NCBI RefSeq assembly: GCF_003367075.2
Contig: NZ_CP065936.1
Coordinates: forward strand, 780,001 to 812,000
Length of the DNA: 32,000 bases
From: Cylindrospermopsis raciborskii Cr2010
GTDB taxonomy: Bacteria; Cyanobacteriota; Cyanobacteriia; Cyanobacteriales; Nostocaceae
Direction: 5' to 3'
Of this stretch, positions 9,619-16,163 are shown in pieces; the stretch's first letter is position 1, and each line of letters begins with the position of its first letter. The position numbers were made by a program, and so were the translations under genes. The notes under the pieces are model-generated. The model was not told the origin of the DNA. It saw only the letters and a program-made list of their open reading frames with translations, and searched no databases.

Positions 9619-10374
9619 GGCGTTGCATATTTGCGGGATGAATCAACTAAACGCGGGTATTACTTCATACTTTAAATAGTGAAGTAATAATTTAATTGAA
9701 TACCTAAGCATATCTACAGATTTTGAATAGCATAGCGTTTTTCTATGTAGTCGCGCTAAGTAGTGACGTAAACGTGTATTTTCACCCTCTACCCTAGTCA
9801 TATATGTTTTGCTCACAATATGATCCTCTGGCTGAATAAAACTCGGATAAACCCTCCACCCATCAGTAACATAAAAAAAGCATTGCCAGAGTTTAACGAT
9901 GTCCCACAAAGGTTGAAATGCTTGTGAGCTGTGGTCTCCCACAACCCAAGCCAGGATATTTTTACGGAAGTGATTTACTGCTGTCCACAACCATATTTTG
10001 TTTTTTTTTGATCCCACAAAGGTCTCCAACTCATCAAGCTCACCTACCAAGGGTGTTTCCTCAACTGGTGGAGCATCTGGAAGTATGGAACCAATTTGTT
10101 TTAGCCAGTAAATAATAGTTGTATGATGAACGCCTTTATCGCGTTCAATTGCTCTAAATCCCATACCGTTAACATAAGAGCGCAGGCAACTTTGTTTAAC
10201 TTCTTCTGAATAGCCTTTAGGTGGACTATAGACATCGATAAATTGACGACCACAATCAACACAAATGTGATTTTGTTTACCTCGACGTTTGCCATTCTTT
10301 CTGATTTTGGAAGACCCGCAGTTTGGACAATGCACAGTAGATTACCTCAATTCATACCTCTATTATGCAACGCC
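9619..10374 (-). mobile_element. IS1-family insertion sequence (~756 bp)
   Basis: Imperfect terminal inverted repeats: GGCGTTGCATA at 9619-9629 and its complement TATGCAACGCC at 10364-10374, with partial matches extending ~25 bp inward (..ATGAAT..). They enclose a single IS1-type transposase ORF. I could not identify a target-site duplication. Confidence 0.8.
9643..10335 (-). CDS. IS1-family transposase (fused InsAB-type, single ORF)
   Basis: 230 aa with an N-terminal zinc ribbon MHCPNCGSSKIRKNGKRRGKQNHICVDCGRQF, an HTH (GMGFRAIERDKGVHHTTIIYWLKQ) and a DDE-type C-terminal half. An A9 run on the coding strand (T9 at 10001-10009) sits at the InsA/InsB-equivalent junction. Confidence 0.9.
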   Translation of the reverse strand: MHCPNCGSSKIRKNGKRRGKQNHICVDCGRQFIDVYSPPKGYSEEVKQSCLRSYVNGMGFRAIERDKGVHHTTIIYWLKQIGSILPDAPPVEETPLVGELDELETFVGSKKNKIWLWTAVNHFRKNILAWVVGDHSSQAFQPLWDIVKLWQCFFYVTDGWRVYPSFIQPEDHIVSKTYMTRVEGENTRLRHYLARLHRKTLCYSKSVDMLRYSIKLLLHYLKYEVIPAFS

Positions 10375-10487
10375 GAATATTGAAGATCCGCATCACGGTT
10401 AAATATCAAGGCGAATAAATTCGCCGTTGGCACTTCCTGTCTAAAGCCAAGTGGCTTCCGTGCCTTTCGGCGATTTTCTTGTGAGAA

Positions 10488-10529
10488 GCTAAGTGGAAAA
10501 ATATCTATCTTTTGATAGATGCTAAGTGG
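10488..10529 (+). promoter_or_regulatory. Symmetric motif upstream of the island operon: GCTAAGTGG, 7-bp inverted repeat, GCTAAGTGG
   Basis: GCTAAGTGG at 10488-10496 and again at 10521-10529 flanks ATCTATC (10503-10509) tttt GATAGAT (10514-10520). A related AAGTGGCTTCCG at 10449-10460 matches AAGTGGCTTTCCG at 10524-10536. Function unproven. Confidence 0.3.
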
Positions 10530-12814
10530 CTTTCCGCTTGTTTACAGTGTCTGTGTTGTATAAAAGGGGGTATTGGGTTAGCATGAAGGATCTGATTATA
10601 GTTAGTGGGCTTAGTGCGGGTGTGGGTATTGGTGTTATCTTGACGGGTATAGCTAACGGACAAGCTAGTATAGGAGTATTAAGTAGCACTGCTGGTGCTA
10701 TTATGGGAGCTTCTGTAGTTCGCAAGTTGGAAGATGATAGAAATCGGGTCACATTAGTTAAGCTTGAGGAACTAAAAAATCGGGAACTGACAAGACAAGA
10801 ATCAACAAACCTAATCCAACAAATAGAAACTCTTAGGCCAACTGTAAAGCAGTTACAACAAGACCGAGAAAGGGAAGAAGAAAATCTAGTAGTCCTGAGA
10901 GGGAAATTAGGTAATCAGCAAGCTGAGTTAGAATTCATTAGAAGAGAATGGGAGCAAAATCAGTCTAGATTGGAAGATATTACCCAAACAGTTGCCAATC
11001 TGACAGCACAAAAACAGGAATTGGAAAATCGCATCAGTGTGATTAATCAAGAGAATCCTCGTTTATTGGAATTGGAAGAACTCAGACGAGCAATTGAACA
11101 ATCTAGAATTGAGAAAAGTGCTTTAGAAGGAAAAATCAGTGGGCTCACCTCTCAACTGGAATCCTTAGATTCCCGCAGACAAGAAACTGTTTCTATTGAA
11201 TTGGAATTACGGGCTAAAGAAATTGATTTAGAGAAGTTGACCACACAAGTTGAAAATCTGAAAAATCAGTCTCAGGAACTAGAACAACGTGCAGCTGATT
11301 TAGAATTGTTGCGTTTTACCTATGATAATATTATTAAACAAAACCAAGATTATGAGGTAAAAGTTAATCAGTTAAGACCAGAAATACAAAGATTAGAATT
11401 AGAAAAACAACAAATTTTACATTCAATCCAAGAAAATCAAAACGAATACCAAAAAGTCCAAGAATTAAGAGAAAAATTACATAGTTTAAGACTGAGTATT
11501 GCAGACGAAAGCTCAAGGTTAAGAGAGGTAGAAACAGAAACACAGACTTGGCAGGGTAAGAAAGCAGCTTTAGAAGAGAGCAATGGTCATTTACAAGAAC
11601 AAAAACAGGAACTTGAAAGAACAATTAGTAGATACAAACATGAAATTGTAGAAATAGAAAATAGTGCGGAATTAGCCTTACAGCCTTTGAAAGAAAAGCT
11701 TTGGAATAATCTACCACAAATAATTAAACCAAGAAAGCAAGAATCAGAATTTATAGCTGATTTTATTACTAGAATTAGGTCCCAAGGATTAACTTTTTCA
11801 ACTAGAACAGTTAATGCTTTCCACACATCTTTAAAAGTACAAGACATTTCTGCCTTAGTAATTTTAGCAGGGATTAGTGGGACGGGTAAAAGTGAACTAC
11901 CGCAAAGATATGCCAATTATCTTGGTGCCCAATTACTAACATTAGCTGTACAACCACGATGGGATTCTCCCCAGGATTTGCAGGGTTTTTATAACTATGT
12001 AGAAAAGAAATTTAAACCAACTGACTTAATGAGAGGACTATATCAATATGGACAGCCAGACATGCAGGATAGAATAGTCATTGTGTTACTGGATGAAATG
12101 AATTTAGCCAGAGTAGAATATTACTTTAGTGAGTTTTTATCTAAATTGGAAAGTCGCCGTAATCATGCGACTTACTTGGAACTTGATGTGGGTAGTTTAC
12201 GAATTCGTGAAAATGAACGTCGTTTACAAATTCCCAACTCCTTTTTATTTGTGGGAACGATGAATGAAGATGAAACTACGCAGACCCTATCTGACAAAGT
12301 GCTAGATAGAGCTAATGTCTTAACCTTTGGTAGACCCCAAAATTTAAAATTGCGTCAGGAGAATCAAGGAGCAGCAGTTCAACATCACGATTCCAGTTAT
12401 CTACCCTATTCTCATTTTCAATCGTGGGTGAAATTGCCCAATCCCAATTCTGAAATAGTTAGGAGCGTCAAATATTTCCTGAACCAAGCTAATGAGGTAA
12501 TGGAAAAAATGGGACACCCTTTTGCCCATCGTGTTTACCAAGCTATTACTCAATATGTGGTTAACTATCCACAAGTGGAGAGTATTGAATCCCCAGCTTT
12601 TAAATTTGCCCTCGCTGATCAATTTGGACAGAAACTGTTGCCCAAATTACGAGGAGTCATGGTTGACGAAGCTCATGAGCAACTAGAAGAAATGGGCAGA
12701 ATTATTGATGATATCAATGATCAACCATTAATTACAGCCTTTGATAAAGCAAGAAAGGGGCGTTACGGACAGTTTACTTGGCAGGGTTTAGTATATGAAG
12801 ATGAAGAGGTATAA
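10526..12814 (+). CDS. McrB-like AAA+ NTPase with an N-terminal glycine-zipper membrane segment and a ~320-aa coiled coil (CnuB-like)
   Basis: Residue numbers follow the 762-aa ORF. A Gly-zipper/TM-like stretch spans residues 24-65 (GLSAGVGIGVILTGIANG...GAIMGASV). Continuous heptad-rich E/Q/L/R sequence runs ~75-395. Walker A is GISGTGKS (449-456), and Walker B is LLDEMNLARVEYYFSEFLS (521-), matching the McrB DEINRA...FGE block. GTMNEDETTQTLSDKVLDRANV (578-) corresponds to the McrB MNTADRS...ALRRRF block. The likely true start is the ATG at 10583 (MKDLIIV), not the GTG at 10526. Confidence 0.85.
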   Translation: MAFRLFTVSVLYKRGYWVSMKDLIIVSGLSAGVGIGVILTGIANGQASIGVLSSTAGAIMGASVVRKLEDDRNRVTLVKLEELKNRELTRQESTNLIQQIETLRPTVKQLQQDREREEENLVVLRGKLGNQQAELEFIRREWEQNQSRLEDITQTVANLTAQKQELENRISVINQENPRLLELEELRRAIEQSRIEKSALEGKISGLTSQLESLDSRRQETVSIELELRAKEIDLEKLTTQVENLKNQSQELEQRAADLELLRFTYDNIIKQNQDYEVKVNQLRPEIQRLELEKQQILHSIQENQNEYQKVQELREKLHSLRLSIADESSRLREVETETQTWQGKKAALEESNGHLQEQKQELERTISRYKHEIVEIENSAELALQPLKEKLWNNLPQIIKPRKQESEFIADFITRIRSQGLTFSTRTVNAFHTSLKVQDISALVILAGISGTGKSELPQRYANYLGAQLLTLAVQPRWDSPQDLQGFYNYVEKKFKPTDLMRGLYQYGQPDMQDRIVIVLLDEMNLARVEYYFSEFLSKLESRRNHATYLELDVGSLRIRENERRLQIPNSFLFVGTMNEDETTQTLSDKVLDRANVLTFGRPQNLKLRQENQGAAVQHHDSSYLPYSHFQSWVKLPNPNSEIVRSVKYFLNQANEVMEKMGHPFAHRVYQAITQYVVNYPQVESIESPAFKFALADQFGQKLLPKLRGVMVDEAHEQLEEMGRIIDDINDQPLITAFDKARKGRYGQFTWQGLVYEDEEV

Positions 12815-14412
12815 TGAAAATATATTCCAATTTATTTGCCTATCTGAATCAGTCTGAACCGATTTCAAATTCGACTGAATTGAGTGCCAGCGATCGTCCA
12901 ATTATTGTTTTGGAACCACATGAAGATTTATCTTTATCGTCTTGGTTTATCACTATCGTTCCGGGAGTTTATCAAATCGGTTTTCCCTATTTACAACCAG
13001 CTAATTTATCCTATTCTGATGAACATAATTGGCAGGATTTAAGGTCTGTATTGAATTTAGAAGTTTCTAAAAAATCTTATAAGTTACCTATCATGGGTCA
13101 AGTTATGGATCTAGAAACTATCAAAGAGGAAGCAGAAATCGAAGAATGGGAAAATAGATTAGGAAATCGTTTGGATAAAACAGTATCCGAATTAATCCGA
13201 TTATTTATTGGCATGTTTACAGACATATTTAGTGGAGAGAATACCGTAAGATTTAATATGGAATCTCATATTTTGCTCAGTCGAGTACCACAAAAGTTAC
13301 AGTCTGTGAACCTTAAAGATGCCAATTTACCAATTGTAATCAGCTTAGATAAAAAATATCAATTGCGCCGAAAGTTAGAATTAATTGGTGACAAGCTACG
13401 TCATCAACTCAGAAGACAAGCAGAATCAATGCCAGTAGGAAAAATTCAAGAAATGGATAGTTATTGTTTACGAGATTATATTCGTAGACCTGGATTAACT
13501 GCTGTAGAAAAAGCTGGTTCAAAACAAGAACTAATGGGGATTCAAAGATATCAAGATTTTAACACTCCTGAAAATAAATTTCTGGTTTATTTTACTCGAT
13601 ATTTACACTTGAGTTGTTTTCAATATGAAAGAAGTGGAGCAGTTCAGTTTAGGGGAGAAGTTAGAAAAATTAGATTAGTAATTGATTTGTTTCAAAGTCA
13701 GCCAATAGTTAATACCATTCAAAATAAAAACTATCAGTTCACAAAACCAAATTATGTGCTACAGCAAAATGCTACATATAAGAGTTTTTATCAGGCATAT
13801 TTAGAATATGTACGCAAGAGGTATGAAAAAGAGAAGTTATGGAGTTTTAGAAATTCCTTATTGGCGGATGTGGTTTATATTTACTTCACAGCGGCGTTAC
13901 TCAAATTTAATCATGTAAATATAAATGCTGGTTCGCTGGTTAAATCTAACTTAATTGCTGATCAAGGATGTTATTTAACTAGAAATCAAAATGTTACAGT
14001 TAGAGTATTTTTACAGAACCAAGTTTATGTATTTGGCTTGCAGAAACCAGCTGAAATTTCTAGAGGTGATTGGGTGTTAACCTTACAAATTCATCAGTTA
14101 GATTCTAGGGAACTAAATTCCACAAAGTTAGAATTTCCCATTTGGGTATTTTGGTATGTTCCCAGTCAGGATATAATTAGTGAAATGCAAAAAAGGAGTA
14201 GAAGTTTTGATTCATTTTCACAGGCAATTGTATTATATTTACAAGAAAATCCATCAACTTATAATTCGAGTTATGGAGAAAATCATAATCTACAAATTTT
14301 ATCTCCAAATATCAGGTTAATGAAGTTACCAGAAAATTTGACGGAGCAGGGATTTGATCCAACCGTTGAAATAATTAACAGAATGATTACCAATTTGCTT
14401 AAAGGCAATTAA
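12814..14412 (+). CDS. McrC/DUF2357-like partner subunit (CnuC-like); PD-(D/E)xK core apparently degenerate
   Basis: The start ATG overlaps the upstream TAA by 1 nt (TAATG), implying translational coupling. DFNTPENKFLVYFTRYL (residues 248-264) matches the (D)TxxNR(f/i)(l/i)K helix of McrC-type proteins (E. coli NEDTLANRIIKSTL, from memory). YKSFYQAYLEYVRKRY matches the McrC LYQKFLYEFCRR block. At the position of the McrC D...IIDAKYY core I read GDWVLTL...PIWVFWYV. Confidence 0.6.
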   Translation: MKIYSNLFAYLNQSEPISNSTELSASDRPIIVLEPHEDLSLSSWFITIVPGVYQIGFPYLQPANLSYSDEHNWQDLRSVLNLEVSKKSYKLPIMGQVMDLETIKEEAEIEEWENRLGNRLDKTVSELIRLFIGMFTDIFSGENTVRFNMESHILLSRVPQKLQSVNLKDANLPIVISLDKKYQLRRKLELIGDKLRHQLRRQAESMPVGKIQEMDSYCLRDYIRRPGLTAVEKAGSKQELMGIQRYQDFNTPENKFLVYFTRYLHLSCFQYERSGAVQFRGEVRKIRLVIDLFQSQPIVNTIQNKNYQFTKPNYVLQQNATYKSFYQAYLEYVRKRYEKEKLWSFRNSLLADVVYIYFTAALLKFNHVNINAGSLVKSNLIADQGCYLTRNQNVTVRVFLQNQVYVFGLQKPAEISRGDWVLTLQIHQLDSRELNSTKLEFPIWVFWYVPSQDIISEMQKRSRSFDSFSQAIVLYLQENPSTYNSSYGENHNLQILSPNIRLMKLPENLTEQGFDPTVEIINRMITNLLKGN

Positions 14413-14418
14413 CATAAT

Positions 14419-16149
14419 ATGACTTATAATGAGAATTACAACATGGACTTTAGTATGAACTTTAATGAACCTAATGAAACGGAAGAAAATAAAACTGAGG
14501 AACTTGATAGAGGCGGATTTAAAAGACAATTAAAAAAATTAATATATACAGCAGCTGAAATTTCACCTGTTAGCCAAGCACAATGGGAAAAACTATTAGA
14601 GATTTACAATTTTGCCTCATTATCCATAGAATTAATCATACAAACGATCTGTAGGAACAACGCATTTTACTCTCAGGAGCGATTATCCTTAAATTTTCCT
14701 TCCATTAGTCCTAGGATTCCCCTGAGTGCAAATCAACAAATAGCATTGGAAATGGCACTTTCAAATAGTCCTATTACTGTGATTTCTGGAACAGGAGCAA
14801 CAGGAAAAACCTCCATTGCTAAGAATCTTGCTCAAGTGGCTATTGATTCTTCTCATAAGGTGTTGATTTTAGCTCATAATTTGGCATCTTTGTCACCCTA
14901 TTATAATCTAACAAATTATCCGCTGGTACTTTCCCAACAGGGAGATTATTATCAAAAGGTGATCAATCGCTTACGTTATGATAATTTAGCTCAAGCTAAA
15001 ATGGATTATTTGCCATTACATTTGCTACCAGATGTAGAGTTATCAAAATTAAGAACACCAGCAAAATTAGAAAGATGGTTGCCAATTATTGAAAATAACA
15101 GCTATCAACAATTAGCAGATATACTAAAGTTAGAGTCAGAATTTCAAAACTTAACTCAAGCAAGACTACACTTATTAGCTTATCGGTTGAAACAACTATT
15201 GCCTTTTTTACAAGAGCAATTAAGATTAAACCAAATTTATAATCACCTCTCACAAGCAGGAATTGAAGAAATTGCCCGTCAACTTTTAGCCAATCCACAA
15301 ATCACTATTACTGGTACTGTTGCTGAGTTCATGCAGGTGGAAAATAGGCTTTTATGGGAAACTAGTTTTGATATAATCATCGTAGAAGAAGCAAATCGTC
15401 TTCATTGGATACAGCTATTATTTTTGGCAGGATTATGCAAAAAACTGGTTTTATTTGGTGAAGATATCCCTCCAAGATATGGACAACCTAAAAAATCCAT
15501 CCCATATCCTTATAACTGTTTGCAATTTAATTGCTTTCAATGGCTGCAAAGTCATTTATCACCGGCTTATGTTTATACATTAAAGGAACAGTTTAGGCTA
15601 CATTCAGCTATGGCTAAAATTGTCTACCCTTCTATTTGTAATCATTGGGTATATAGTCAATCACATTATATTGATAATAGCCTATCTGGAGTCAACCTAT
15701 CGCAAATTAATAGAAGAGTTGTTTGGCAAGATGTATCTGACACAATGGTAGGGGATAAACCCATAGCAGAAAATATGATTAGATTTTTAGAGAAATTAAT
15801 CAGAAATCACGATGGACAAGTTATGTCCGAAATAGGGATGATTACATTTTCTCCAACCCAGACAGATGCTATTAAGGAAATTTTACCTACAATCTCATCC
15901 ATATATCAGAATCAACTATTTGTTGGTACAGCAGGAGAATGGAGTGGAAAGGAAAGGAAAATCATTATGGTTAATTGTTCAGGTAATCCTAAGGATATTT
16001 CAGTAGAGGATATTAATATAGCCCTAACAAGAGCAAAAGATTATCTATTTTTATTTGGTGACTGTGATGTATGGCTAAGATATAATTCTCCCCTTAAAGC
16101 ATTATTGTATCATCCTGCTGTCTCTCAAGAACGTCAAGTTGTCATCTAA
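14419..16149 (+). CDS. Superfamily-1 helicase, UPF1/DNA2-like (AAA_11/AAA_12 type), with deviant catalytic motifs
   Basis: LSANQQIALEMAL...VISGTGATGKTS is the motif Q-like region plus motif I. VLILAHNLASL is motif Ia. FDIIIVEEANRL is motif II, with EE where DE is expected. LVLFGEDIPP is a shortened motif III. GTAGEWSGKERKIIMV is motif V-like, and INIALTRAKDYLFLFGD is motif VI. The gap to the upstream gene is 6 nt. Confidence 0.75.
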   Translation: MTYNENYNMDFSMNFNEPNETEENKTEELDRGGFKRQLKKLIYTAAEISPVSQAQWEKLLEIYNFASLSIELIIQTICRNNAFYSQERLSLNFPSISPRIPLSANQQIALEMALSNSPITVISGTGATGKTSIAKNLAQVAIDSSHKVLILAHNLASLSPYYNLTNYPLVLSQQGDYYQKVINRLRYDNLAQAKMDYLPLHLLPDVELSKLRTPAKLERWLPIIENNSYQQLADILKLESEFQNLTQARLHLLAYRLKQLLPFLQEQLRLNQIYNHLSQAGIEEIARQLLANPQITITGTVAEFMQVENRLLWETSFDIIIVEEANRLHWIQLLFLAGLCKKLVLFGEDIPPRYGQPKKSIPYPYNCLQFNCFQWLQSHLSPAYVYTLKEQFRLHSAMAKIVYPSICNHWVYSQSHYIDNSLSGVNLSQINRRVVWQDVSDTMVGDKPIAENMIRFLEKLIRNHDGQVMSEIGMITFSPTQTDAIKEILPTISSIYQNQLFVGTAGEWSGKERKIIMVNCSGNPKDISVEDINIALTRAKDYLFLFGDCDVWLRYNSPLKALLYHPAVSQERQVVI

Positions 16150-16163
16150 ATCAACCGTGAATT

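Noticed and set aside
9918-10295. Two small ORFs (9918-10115 + and 10101-10295 -) inside the IS1 element
   Set aside because: The 230-aa single-frame transposase explains the coding capacity. The 10101-10295 ORF is in an alternative frame of the same strand and could only matter if frameshifting occurs, for which I have no evidence beyond the A9 run.
10419-10433. Possible third IS1 terminal repeat (ATTCGCCGTTGGCA resembles ATTCGGCGTTGCATA)
   Set aside because: The match is only ~8-12 nt and needs a mismatch or indel. It also overlaps the local GGCGAAT/ATTCGCC inverted repeat, so it is too weak to call a solo inverted repeat.
10748-11708. Possible tandem DNA repeat underlying the coiled-coil region
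   Set aside because: The periodicity is at the amino-acid heptad level only (recurrent E/L/Q codons). I could not find a nucleotide repeat unit, so it is not a tandem-repeat array.
10522-15298. Antisense ORFs within the island genes (10522-10752, 11364-11624, 11587-11916, 12401-12622, 14326-14529, 15086-15298, and also 18825-19025)
   Set aside because: AT-rich coding DNA with a biased sense frame readily gives open antisense frames. All are Leu/Phe/Ile-rich and lack start context.
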